Source of the DNA: Cenococcum geophilum
Lineage: Eukaryota
Reading direction: 5' to 3'
Length of the DNA: 64,000 nt
Assembly (NCBI GenBank): GCA_050273025.1
Contig: CP158635.1
Location: forward strand, 17,546,001 to 17,610,000
Position 1 is the stretch's first letter; each line of letters begins with the position of its first letter. Position numbers and translations under genes: made by a program. This document shows, piece by piece, positions 1 to 12,031 of the stretch. Under the pieces are notes generated by a model. The model worked only from the letters and a program-made list of their open reading frames with translations. It was not told the DNA's origin and made no database searches.

Positions 1-413
1 ATTAGTTAAAGGTACATCTTCCCTATTTATTACTTCTACTTCTACTTACCTTTCTAGGCCTCTAAATATAATTTAAATAAGTGGAGAGCTCTTATAGAGT
101 TAGGTTTTACTACTAAGAATCGTTCTATAAGGCGCTAGCAAACTACTTTACCTACAAATGATACTAAGAATGCCTTCCTACCTTGCGGCCAGAACAGCTA
201 AGATACCCCTAAAATAGCTTAACGGTAGAAGACAATTAGGGCAATATAACGGGAGTACCACATTCTTAATTAGCGGGGTAAAGCTTACTCGCCTACTCCT
301 CCGCTATATACCATAGATAAAGCTCCGGATAGTAGAAGAGGCACTCTAAATAGCCTAAATACGTCTTTACCGGAACTAGCTTCTATACCTACTCTACCGC
401 TAATACCACCTTT

Positions 414-533
414 CTTACGGTAAGCTCCCTCGCGGTAAGCTCCCTTACGGTAAGCCCCTTTACGGCAAGTTCCCTTACGGCAAGCTCCTTTACGGTAAGC
501 TCCCTTACGGCAAGCTCCCTCGCGGTAAGCCCT
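414..533 (+). repeat. 15-bp tandem repeat, ~8 copies (consensus TT/TC-ACGG-TAAGCTCCC), probably a 5-aa repeat in the Helitron N-terminus
   Basis: Successive units ttacggtaagctccc / tcgcggtaagctccc / ttacggtaagcccct / ttacggcaagttccc ... Confidence 0.85.
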
Positions 534-3500
534 AACTAGGCTACACTATTACCCGTTTCGGCTGTTAATTAGGAGCGAATTAAGAAGTTTAGGAGTATAC
601 TATAGGCTAAATATATAGAGACGTGCAGTCGTTGTAAGGAGTAGTGGTTTTAAATGGCCTAGCTATGGAGGAAAACAATATAGGTGTATATAAAGCCTGC
701 GTTAAGGACGCTAATAGCCTTAAGAATCTAACCTTTTTTCCCCTATTTAGTAAAAGTAATAGGCTTAATCTAGGGCCTATTCCTAGCTTTCTACCTATAC
801 TTACCGCGGTAGAGGAGCTTCTAATCGCGTGCGTATACATTTATCTACAAGTCGTGCGTATACGCGGCTAGCAACACTACTATACTGGCTACGTTTACTG
901 CTTTAGCTAGAATATACTAAAGACTTAGAGGTAGCTACTACGGCTACCTATTAAACTTAATATACTGGTCGTAAAGCCTATAGTAGTAGAGGGTAGCAAA
1001 TACCTAAGTTGGCGGTTTACCAAGTGGTATACTATAAGGCGCTCTACTATAGTATAGTAGCTTTACTTTCTAAAGGTCAATTATCCTAATTATTGCGACG
1101 TTAAAATATATAGCACCTAGCTTACTAGCTTACCTAAAAATAGCTCTATATTAGATTAGCTACCTTATATTAATAAGTTAGAGTCTAATTCTAGTAGCCT
1201 AATAGCTTACCCTACTACTTTTATATAATATCCTTCTACTATTAATCCTCTACCTACTAAGCTTAGTAGTAATATACTAGACAGCAAATTTAATAATAAT
1301 GTACTAGATATTTTAGTTCCTAATCTAGTGCCTAACCTTAATAAATTAGAGCTTTTAGGTCGCGAGGTTTAATACTAATAAGACCTATAAGCGGGCCTAG
1401 AGGTTTCTACTGTGCAATAAATACCTCTCTCTAAGCGATTAGCTAGTTTTATTATACGCGGCGCCTTTTCTACCCTATTTCCTTATAGTAAAGCAGATTT
1501 TAATATACTATAAAGCCGTACGGTTACCCTAGCTGCGTACGCTAAGTATATGCTTAAGTATTAGGACAGTCGGTTTAGCCACTACCCCTTATTTCGCTAC
1601 TATATGTTTAATCGGATTATAAAAGAGCAAGCCCTTAACGCTACCCACTTCCTTTATAGCTAATTAGATAAAAATAGCCTATTTTTAAATAAGCCTAGTA
1701 ATCTTATAAATGGTAGTAGGGGTAACTAGGTTCTAAATAAGATTATACGGTATATATAGAAGCTTAAGGGTACTAGGCCTTACTAGAAGTAGAAAAGAAA
1801 TAAGCTTATAGCTTATACTAAGAATATTAAGAGCGGGTCTCTATTCTTTACACTTAGCGCTACTAATCTATATTGGTATAATCTACACTCTTATATGCCT
1901 TGATTTAACGAATATAAGGCTACTAATAAGGCTTAGCGCTACCGGATTGCTTCTTAGAATCTTAATAATAACCCATATATTACTGCTTACTAGCTATATC
2001 GCCGCTTTAATCTATTTAGGAAGCACGTGCTTATAGGTCTATTTAATGGCACTAACTTTTAGTCCTAATATAAGTGGTAGATATAAGGTAGTGGCTATAT
2101 ATATATAGCTTCTTATGGAGTTTAACAGCCCTAGAGCCAGATCCGTTAGCTAGTGTATTAAGGGCGGCTTTTACTAAGTACTGGGCTACTTTTATATCTA
2201 TAGTAAATCCTAATTAATCTAGGCCTCCTAATCTTTGATATCCTTCTACTTTTAGCTATAAAGAACAGCTTAATACTAGTAAGCTTTTTACTGCCTACCC
2301 TAATTGATTTTAATAGCACTGCAATTACACCGAATCTTACTGCTTAAGATTAAAGAAAGGCTCTACTAGAGTAAAGTAGTGCCGCTTTTACTTTCCACGC
2401 TCTCTCCGTAATAAGGCCGCTGTATTAAAGGATTAAAATCCATATTACTAGACGTTCTATCTATAGTGTAATAATAAGCTTCTTAATAGTTATAATACAG
2501 CTATAATATTAGTGTGGATGGCGAATATTAATATATTACCCACTATAAGCATATTAGTAATAGTTAACTATATAAGCAAATATTGCAGCAAGAAAGAGAA
2601 GAAGTTAACTTCCTACTAGGAGCTACTCTAATTAGTATAGCCGTATACTAACAGCCTTTATACCTTTAGTTTAGTAGTAGCTAGGTTTATAAATAAGCTT
2701 ATTACTAAACGTAATTAGTTGGCACAGAAGGTATGCTATTTACTTTTTAATATTCCCCTTTACAAAGGCTCTAGGAATATAGTAACTTTAAATTACCCCT
2801 AGGAGGATAATTAAAGCGCTATATATAAGCTTAAGGATAGCTAATTAGGAGGGTATAGACTATCTAACTATAAGAAATATAAGCGCCGCCTAGATGGGGT
2901 AGAAGACGTTACTTTCTTTAATTTCCTACTCTATTTTAATTACTCTACTTATAAGCGTCGGCTAAGAGCAAAGCCTTAAGTTATATTATACTTTCCGCGA
3001 TATAAAGGCAATTCTTCCTATTTATAGTATTCTAAGTTCTACTATATAAAGCTTATTCTTTATTATCTATAAAGGGAGTATAAGAAAATAACTACTTATA
3101 CTAATGGATTTGGGGCCCCTAATTATATAGCTTCCTATTAGGCTTGCGTTAACTCTTATTAATACCCGCTTAACTACTATAACCAAAAACTAGATAAAGC
3201 TTATAAAACTACTAATAATATTAATAAGTTTAAGGGCGATTTTGTAGACGACTTAAAGCTATATTAGTCCTTTAAGGCCCTATATACCCGCGTTTAAAAT
3301 ACCAATAAAGTTAAAATTAAGGATCCTAATAGGCTTGGTAATAGGGAGCTTAATTATAACTACGACTAGAGCACGCATTAGGGTACATACCCGTAGCTTA
3401 ATAAGAGAACTTATTAGTAGAAAGTATGGCTACAGCCTCTACTATAGAGCCGCCTATCCTAAATAGCAACTCCATCCTCTTTATAACCAGGTTAGCGTTA

Positions 3501-4239
3501 TATCTATAATATTATAGTTAATTACTACAGGCAGATCTAAGTGGGCCTTAGCCCCCCTACTATAGATTAACGTTAATAGAGAGGCAGGAACCAGTAAATT
3601 ATATCTTATTGCTGTTTTGTCTACTACGCTCTATAATATAGCTATATCTAATAATAAGCCGTCGCTATTAGTTTAAGCTGCCCCTACTAAAGTAGCTGCC
3701 TTTAATATTAACGGTAAAACTACGTACAAATTATTAAGGTTACCAGTGAATCGCCCCTTTAAGGAATTACCTACTGCCAGTCTTACGCCTCTATAATAAG
3801 CTTTTAAGGATATTTACTATCTTATCCTTAATAAGAAATCTATAATCGGGCAAGTATATCTAGCCTAGATTAATCGCTACCTCTATTAGATCTACCCTAC
3901 GCGTAACAACAACTACTTTAGAGGCTTAAACACCTTGCTAGTAGGCGATTTCTATTAGCTTCCCCCTATAGGTCAGGCGGCCTTATATAGTAATCTATCT
4001 ACTAGGCCGTTAGAGCTCGCTAGCTATAGAAAGGGAGCCTATAAGGCGATTAACCGAACTACTATCCTAGATTAATTTATATAGTAGGGCGGTAATAACG
4101 CTAAGAGCTCTATATTTAGGACCGCCCTCGTAGAGCTACGTAGTAATTCTATAAGTAATTTAACCTAGAAGCTTTTTTTAACTAGGTATAAGCAGGGCCT
4201 ATCTACTAATAAGGTTGTAGGCTTTAATAACGCAATTCG

Positions 4240-4497
4240 TGTAAGGCAGTATTGCTAGGGTGTACGGTAGGGAGCAGGCAAGCCGAGCATGAGTCACATA
4301 GGGAGTCGATGGAAGAGGACGATATGGTAATGAGGGTAGGCAATAGCCTCGTACTGAGACGAACCGATGAGGAGGGAAGGGCTGCAAGCCCGAGGTGCTT
4401 ATAAGGAGGTGCCAAGGGCTAGCCGAAGGCTAGCCTTGGCGACCCCTAAGAGCCCCTAGGCGATGCAGCCGAGTAAGGGACCAAAAGTACCCTTACA
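4240..4497. mobile_element. Solo LTR (258 bp) inserted in the Helitron helicase
   Basis: TGTAAGG...CCTTACA termini; 5-bp TSD ATTCG (4235-4239, 4498-4502); near-identical copy at 54214-54474. Confidence 0.95.
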
Positions 4498-6300
4498 ATT
4501 CGGCTATATAGCACACGCGCTGCTATAGGTAAGTATAATACTATTCGGCTTCGCGATCTTTTACAGCCAGTGGTAGCTATTAAGTTAGTTAACACTAGTG
4601 TAGGTATGCGGAAAGTTACTCCTAATTAGTGCAATACTATAGAGAATCTAGCCCTATATATTAGCGCGAAAGTAATACTAATATAGAATATCTAGGTTAA
4701 ATTAGGCTTAGTAAATGGTACTACTAATATAGTTAAAGATATTATATAGAAGGGACACGCGGATATTAAAGAGGATCAGCCTTAGTTACTACTAGTTACG
4801 GTAGATAGGTATAATGGACTTACCCTATTTACTTGGCAGGATAGTAAGAAGGTCGTCCCTATATTTTCTATACTTTATAAGTAGGAGGGTATAAAAGGCT
4901 CTTGCTTATAGCGTTAATTTCTAATTACTTTAGCTTTTACTCTTACTATATATAAAAGCTAGGGCCTAATACTTAACTAGATAGTTCTAGATGTTAAGGA
5001 AAAGAATAAGACAGCTAGGCTAACCTATATAGCAATCTTACGAGTTAAGAAGCTTTTAGGGCTTATATTTAAACGTAGGTTTAATATAAAATAATTTTAA
5101 TTATCTATAAGTAAGACTAAAGAGGTATAATAAGAAGATTTTACATGGAGGCAGCAGTAACTACTTATAAACGACTTTTCCTAATTAGGAAATTATATAC
5201 TAGCTTAGAGGTAAGCAGAGAATACGGCATTCGTCTTAATTTCCTAACTTTTAAATAGCTTAACTACAAAATCTAATTTTCTAAATTTTAACCCCCCTAT
5301 CCATCCTACCTTCTTACCGCTTTTAAAGCTATTAGATATACATATAATAGTATATAAGGAGAATTAGCAGTACTACCGGATTAATATTACTACTATCTAT
5401 AGCGTTAATTAATTTTTAGAATTTTTATATTTTTTTTAAAGGGCGGAAATATCGCTTATATAAGAAGTTATATAACCTTTAAGAATACTTAGGACCGCAT
5501 ATTAGCAGCCACGACTTCTCTATACTACGGTTAAGATTTTATATATACTGTACCTAGAGCTACTTATAATAACTATTACTTATAGATCTACCAATTTACA
5601 AATAAAAATTAGACGTGGTTAGAGCTATTAGTAGGGGTTATTAATCGCGCTCCCTATAACAAAATTTTGGATTTTAGTAATCTAAACTAACAAATTAAAT
5701 TAAAAGTTTAGAACGTCTAAATAAGGTTCTACTAAGACGCTAAATAGACCCTAACCTAGACCCTTCCTAACCTGTTAAATTCTAAAAATAACAACCTCTA
5801 TTAAATTAAAAATTAACCTTATCCTTAATAAGCCATCCAATTAGATTTAATAGTTCTTTATTATTTAAGACACAGCTAAAATTAATAAGGTATAGTAGTA
5901 TATTAACCCATTTAGGGGGAAAGACGATCTTCTAAAGCTAGAACTACTAAGTCGGCCTACACTAAAGGATATACTACCTACGGCTATATTAATAGCAAGG
6001 CTGGACCTAAACCAGCTTACTACCTATAAATAGCTCTACGCCAAATATAAGGACGATTTACGCGTACACTAGAAGCAAAAATAGGCTATAAACGATATTA
6101 ATAACTATATCATTTACACTACATTGGTAGCCTACCTTTTACTTATTAACAGCCTTAGTGGTTAGTTACATTAAATATTTAAGGCGTCTCTACTACTATA
6201 GTAGCCACTGCAGTAATAGAGACACCCTATATTTTAGTAAGTAATTAAGCCCATCTTATACGAGAATCTCGTGCTATTAGTACTTACCAAATCACGTACT

Positions 6301-6766
6301 TATAGGGCCTCCTCCCGTCTATAAATACTCTCTCCTTTACACCTTCCTTTCTTCTTTTCTTCTTCCCTATAAGAGCTAGAGGCGCTCTAATACCCCTTCC
6401 TAGTCTCTATTAAGGGATCTATTAGTTAATATAGCGATATAGATAGCATTAGACGAGGAGACGGGTAAGAGAGAAGATAGGAAAAACGGAGGGGCATCTA
6501 GTAGGTGTTAGTTAAGCAATATTAATGTCTATATTATAGCTGCCTAATCTCCCGTTTATAGGCCTCCTCCTATTTATAAATACTTCCTCCTCTATACCTT
6601 CCTCTCTTCTTTTTCTTCTTCCTTATAAGAGCTAGAGGCGCTTTAATACTCCTCTCTAGTCTCTATTAAGGGATTTATTAGTTAATATAGCGATATAAAT
6701 AGCATTAAATAAGGAGATAGGTAAAAGAGGAACCTCTAGTAGGTGTTAGTTAAGCAACATTAATAG
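6301..6766. repeat. Degenerate direct duplication of ~210-225 bp (6301-6527 and 6557-6766)
   Basis: Both units run ggcctcctcc...ataagagctagaggcgct...attagttaatatagcgatat...ctagtaggtgttagttaagcaa. Confidence 0.8.
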
Positions 6767-7079
6767 TAGTTTTTATTACCTAAAAATTGCGTTATATAAT
6801 AATATTTGAGAACGCAAATATATACCCCCGTCCTATACTTATACTACTACTAAATATTTTAAATTTCGTACTTAAAGCTACTTATAATAGGCATTCCTAG
6901 AAAATCTACCAGTTTAAAGCTCTATAATTAAACGTTGTTAATGTTTTATATAGGGGTCGTTAATTAAGCTCCCGGGATACGATTTTTAAAGTTTAACACC
7001 ACACTAATATTACGACCTTCTTGCAGTGGCCGAGCCACCCCTAATCTTCTCCCCCTCCTCCCCCCTCCCATTACTCGGC

Positions 7080-7157
7080 GCCGAGCTATTACATCATTGC
7101 CGAGCTATTGCGTCGTCGCCGAGCTATTGCGTCATCGCCAAGCCATCGCGTTATCGT
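7080..7157. repeat. 19-bp tandem repeat, 4 copies (GCCGAGCTATTGCGTCATC)
   Basis: gccgagctattacatcatt gccgagctattgcgtcgtc gccgagctattgcgtcatc gccaagccatcgcgttatc. Confidence 0.85.
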
Positions 7158-7621
7158 ACGTCCGAACTGGGTAAGCAATGACGTAGTTACTTAATTATAT
7201 TAGACGTCTCTATATACAGTTATATCTCTTCCTACACGCGTATTTAATCGAGTTGGGGTAGTAGACTTACTTTAATTCCAGCTATACGGCGATTTAGTTA
7301 TTAGGTATTAAAAATATCTAATATATAAAGCTTTAAATTGGAATTATAATCTACTATATTAGATCCTACGTAGAGGGCTCTATATTAAAGCTCTGCAGTC
7401 CAAATATATACTAAATTTATAACTAATATAATCTTACTACTACTTCTAAATTAAGCAAAAGCTCTATATAGGGGGGTCCTAGGGGGTCTCTCCCTGGAAA
7501 ACCTTATCTCTATATATATTAATTAAAGTCTATATAATAAAGCTCTAAAATTGATTGGCTTATTACTTATAAACTCGGGTTAAAATTTACGTTGGGGGAT
7601 TAACGTTCCGCATGTTTTTTA

Positions 7622-8180
7622 GTTGGATTAGCTAGCGCAGAGCCTTAATTCAAGTTTTACAGCTACCCCCTATAGCCCCAACAATACAGCTCTATATTTA
7701 ATAAATAAAGGACTATTTTATAGCCCTAGAATAGAGCTATAAAATAGGCCTCTATTTATAAAATATAGAGCTATATTGGTAGGGCTATAGGGGGTACACT
7801 GCTGTTTTGGAAATATTAAAAAAAATCGCCAAACCGCAGAAGTATATCACCCTATATAATTCCACCAATATTAGTCCAATTTATATATATAGAGTCCCAT
7901 TTTATAGCTCTATTCTAAGGCTATAAAATAGGTCTCTATTTATTAAATATAGAGCTATATTAGTAGGGCCATAAGGTGTGGCTGTAAAACTTAAATTAAG
8001 GCCCCGCGCTGACTAATCCGACCCCTCTATTCTTAGAAATAAGCACCCCCTATAACTTTACCAAAACAGCTCTAAATTATATAAATAAGGGCTTATTTTA
8101 TGGCGCTAGAATAGAGCTATAAAATTGACCTTTATTTATAAAATATAGAGCTATATTGGTAAGACTATAAGGGGCTGTAT
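7622..8180. repeat. Foldback structure: ~143-bp inverted arms (7622-7765 / 7880-8022) plus a further copy of an internal palindromic module (~8043-8177)
   Basis: gttggattagctagcgcagagccttaattcaagttttacagc is mirrored by gctgtaaaacttaaattaaggccccgcgctgactaatccgac; the module ttttatagccctagaatagagctataaaa recurs. Confidence 0.7.
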
Positions 8181-9079
8181 TGTTTTAATAGAGGGGGCGA
8201 TGCGCGTCGTGCGGCTTAGCGATTTTTACCGATATTTTAAGAATAGCTGTAGCCTAGAGGCCCTTATTATAGGGAAGGCTTAGGTTAAAAGTATACTTAT
8301 TTATAAACCGTCTCTAGTTATTCCTTACTTCTTTTTTTAGGGTATTCTTTAACTAGTTTCTTATATCTTTATATTATCTCTTATCTTTAAGGTTATAGCT
8401 ACTTATATATTTCCTTCTTACTTATTATTAGCTAGTAATAAAAACCGCGCATTATATAGACCATACATATCACGTATAGGGGCCCAGTTTTAAGACTAGG
8501 CGGTACTCTTTTAGCTTATTTTTAATTACTGCCTAGATCCTTTCTAGTCTATAGTTAATTTCTTTAGGGGTAGCCAATAAGCCTCGCTTGTTTAGTATTA
8601 GGTAGATTTCTTCTATATTTTAAAGTTATTATTTAACTATATTAAGGAAACTATTTATCTTAAGCTTCCTTATTATATATCTTTTACTACTTAGTTATGC
8701 CTTAATATCTAAATCTAGCTATATTTAAATAGGGATATAGTCTAAGGCGAGTGCTTATTCTTCTTTAGGGTTATACCTTTTAAGTCTCTAGTATAGGCCT
8801 TTATCTATAAATATAAGGTTAATTATACTTTTAGCAGTGCCTTATTGCCATATAATTGCTCCTAGGGGGGTAGCTAGCTTAAGGCCCCAGATATCTATAG
8901 CTCTTAGTAGGCACTCTACCTATTATTTAGCAGCGATATAGATACCCCCCTACCGTGGGTAGTAGAGGTTTATATCTCCTAATAGGATAAACTCTATACC
9001 TACGGTTTTTAGTAAACTTATTACTAATATAATGTTCTCTATTTATAGGACCCCTTTAATTCTAAGGTTATATATATTA

Positions 9080-10103
9080 GTAGTAACTCTTTAATTAACG
9101 TCTAATACGGATCCTATCTGGCCCACGCAGACTACTCCGTCACAGGGGGAAAACTTATTATAATTTATAGGAAGAAAACCCTGCAGTTGGGTTGGGGGAG
9201 GAAAAACCCTATAAGCCACCTCAGTAGGATAAAAAACCCCAATTTGCCATGTCCGTCCGTAGCGGCGGCCCTATGGGCCTATAACTACATCCTGTCCTCC
9301 TTGGATGTTCGAACTCCTTAGGAACCACTGCTTCCTTCTCTAGCTTATCCCAGCTAGGGTTCACTACGTCCCAGCTAGGCCTTGCCAATTAATTGCTGTG
9401 TTGTTATTGTTTCCCATATCTTGGCCATCCCCTATGTGCTATCTCTTATTTAACTATTGCCATATACACCATGCCTCCCCCCCCTAGGGCCTATTGAAGG
9501 CGTAAGGGGGATCCATCTATTAACTACCGTAATACTAAGGCGAGCGGGATATATTGTATGCTTTGGGTATCTTTTATGCCTAGGCCCCAGCTAGGCCCTT
9601 TCTAAGGGTTACCACTCCGTTAAAAGAAGACAAGGAAAACCATAGGTCGTAATCTAGGCTGCCAGGTAGCACCCAATAGTTAATAGCGAGTGACCGCATG
9701 CTCCGCGGGCGATCGCCCTGGGGGCTAGGAGGGGCCGTATATTTGCTCGTTACTCAGTCGCATTCGCTCGTTCGTTGATATAAGAGGTCGTTAATGCTTT
9801 CTATTGGGGGTCGGGGGATGCTATCGAATGCTGTGCATCCATGTTGGATCGTATAGGTGTCTTCTAATAGGAGAATAGTAGTGCAGTAGCTGCTATCGTA
9901 AGGGGGTACCAACAGTAGTAGTTTTCGAGATCTTACCATCCCATGTGAAAACTTTTCACCACCGCCCATACTACTCGCAACCACCACCACCATGTCGTAT
10001 CGCACGCTGTGCGACGTCTCTGCGTTGGCTCTGGGTCTGAACTTTAAAGACCTAGGTTCGTAGCCGTCACCACGTATAGGTGCAGAGTCCGTTTTCGACG
10101 GCC
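9080..10103 (-). mobile_element. Non-autonomous ~1-kb retroposon (SINE/SIDE-like), copy 1
   Basis: 15-bp TSD AGGTTATATATATTA (9065-9079, 10104-10118); 3' tail ...GACGTTAATTAAAGAGTTACTAC; homologous over its whole length to 58334-59322; no credible ORF. Confidence 0.9.
10018..10103 (-). ncRNA. HDV-like self-cleaving ribozyme (predicted) at retroposon 5' end
   Basis: P1 GGCCGUC/GACGGCU with G1-U wobble; P2 CUCUGC/GCAGAG; P3 ACC/GGU; 7-nt L3 UAUACGU; P4 CUAGGUC/GACCCAG; J4/2 CCAAC. G1 abuts the TSD. Confidence 0.8.
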
Positions 10104-12031
10104 AGGTTATATATATTAATAACTTATACTAGTCCCCTATATATTTAGATTATTATTACTATAATATCTAGGTTAACTACCTACTATAACTATAAAAATA
10201 GGCTAATAGCCTTACTAATCATAAAGTATACACGTATGGCTACTTTTAGTTTATATAGGAGCTGGAATCCTTAGGGGCAGTATATTAATTATATATAGGT
10301 ATTATAATACAGCTCTTATATAGTAAGGATGTAGTATTTCTCTAGGTCTAAACTGTCTAGTAAAAGCCTTATAAGACGGTGGTTTGTATTGCTATAGTTA
10401 TACTATATAATAGATAGGTGGCGGATCCCTAGCGTAGGTCCTTTATCTCTCCTTTATTCCTTACTTTTTTTATTTCTACTTTTTCTAGAATATTTAGAGC
10501 TTTTATCTCTTATATCTATACCCTAGTTACTACTTATTTTATATAGAGCTTTTTATTCCCGTATTTTATATTCCTACTAGCGTTTTTATATCTATATCTA
10601 TTATTATCTCCAGTTTTTCCCCTATTCTTACTAGTCAGCTATATACCCTTTATAGGTTAGCTATAAATATTATATTTGCCGCATTAAGTCTAATTCTTAA
10701 TTATCCTAGTTTTAAGCTTACTATCGCTGTCTATAGGGGTCTTCCTATAGGGCGTCCTCTCCCTTATATCCCTATTTAGTCTAGTAATATTACGCAGCGC
10801 CACTTCTAGCCTATTAAGGCTTAGGATAACTAGCCTAGCCCCTAAGTATTAAAGGTAGGAAACGCTAGGAAGGCACTTACGTCCACTAACTTATTATTTA
10901 TTATTTCTACTAATATATATGTTGCGGTGGGAATGCATCCGTTTTCGGGGGTGTTTGGCCGCCGCTTTTGGCGGCCTTCTTACCTCGCTTAGACCCTCTT
11001 ACCTCGCCGCTTTAAAGAGGCTCTGCTTGCTTAATATACAAGCCACCTTATTATCCTAGAGGGGTCAGAAACAGTCCACTACTGCCTTTAGCAATGCTTA
11101 TTAGCGCTTACGTTAAACCAACTATAGCATAGCCCATAAAGTCGTCTAAGGGCTAGTACCTACTTATAGGAGTAGGCTACTTGCCTACTTTTTACTCCAG
11201 TCCTCTCGCCAACCTTAAACTTACCTATATTCCCTAGTTATACCTCTTCCGCTACAATTTTGTTATTTTATTTAATGCTACTTACTTACCTACCCGTTAG
11301 ACTAGCAGAGCAATATAAAGCTGGCGGTACTATAGTAATCTAAACGTTAGCCCTAGTCCGAAGGATAACAAAAGCGCTAGTTACTAGCGCTATTAATTTA
11401 AAGGCCATATTAAATCGAAACTTGCGCTTACTTCCCTATACAAGCCTAGACCTAGACTTAAATTTAGAATTAAACTCTAATTTAGACTACTTAGATTTAT
11501 ACTTAGACCCTAATACGGAACCTAATATAGATAACAAATTAGATATTAATAAACACCCTAATCTTAAACTGGGTTTAAAAAACCTAAGGTTAGATTCTAA
11601 AGCTAAAGAAATACTAAAGGATATTGCTAAGTTAAGGGATAAAGAGCTAGTGAAACTAAATTATACCTCCTATACTAAGAAACTTTGGAAGAGGAAAGGC
11701 GAGTTCTAAAAGAGGTAAGATTATATTTTCTCCACCTATATATCTTATTACACTCTTTTAATAGTAGGCTTAGGTTTTATTAAAAGATAAAGGCTAATCT
11801 AGAAGACTGTCTTTATAAATATAGCTAGGAGATATATAAAGCATATCTCTATTAGCGTAAAAAACATTTTTAAGTTAAAAAGGAGAGCTTAATACAAAGC
11901 TATTAAAATAAAATATATATATGCTATAGGGATCTTATACACCATAAAATGGACGCCGATATGCTAATAGATGTTAATAATATATATCTTATCCTAATAT
12001 TCCTCTCTCGTAGTTATATACTAATAGCTAC

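Larger units (their letters stand above)
1..5160 (+). mobile_element. RIP-degenerated Helitron-like RepHel coding region (5' end probably outside window)
   Basis: Manual translation: CSRCKE-x-WF...GVxKAC zinc motif (~625-700); DUF6570-like LPILTAVEELLIAxV..LQVVRIRGxQ (~790-875); Rep motifs FRYYMFNRI (~1592), FFTLSATNLYW (~1845), YKWx..GSGYI (~2070); PIF1 helicase motifs EAGTSKLYLI (Walker A, ~3582), AAPTKVAAFNINGKT (~3678), LILNKKSIIG (Walker B, ~3821), LVGDFYxLPP (~3938), xFLITLAFTLTIYKSxGLIL (~4915), LTYIAILRVK (~5020). Many CAA/CAG/TGG-derived stops. Confidence 0.9.
8250..10880 (-). mobile_element. Tad-like LINE fragment (end of ORF1 plus APE endonuclease of ORF2), RIP-degenerated, interrupted by the 1-kb retroposon
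   Basis: Minus-strand motifs YNxxNTN (~10400), ILTIxE (QEP motif), RVYFMI, VINIYN, VILLGDINLYYPRxGG (GDxNxHHPxWGG, ~8990-8945), IINLIF, LDYIPI (SDHxPI); GRGRP near 10750. Boundaries approximate. Confidence 0.8.

Noticed and set aside
4199..4415. Short ORFs in the solo LTR (also 54210-54392)
   Set aside because: Chance ORFs in GC-richer non-coding LTR sequence; one crosses the element boundary.
5380..6160. Second Helitron-associated ORF
   Set aside because: Looks like RIPed coding sequence, but I could not recover a frame or motif to support a call.
9754..10005. ORFs in the 1-kb retroposon (also 58586-58843)
   Set aside because: The two copies share only a short similar stretch and their frames are broken by indels; no domain similarity recognised.
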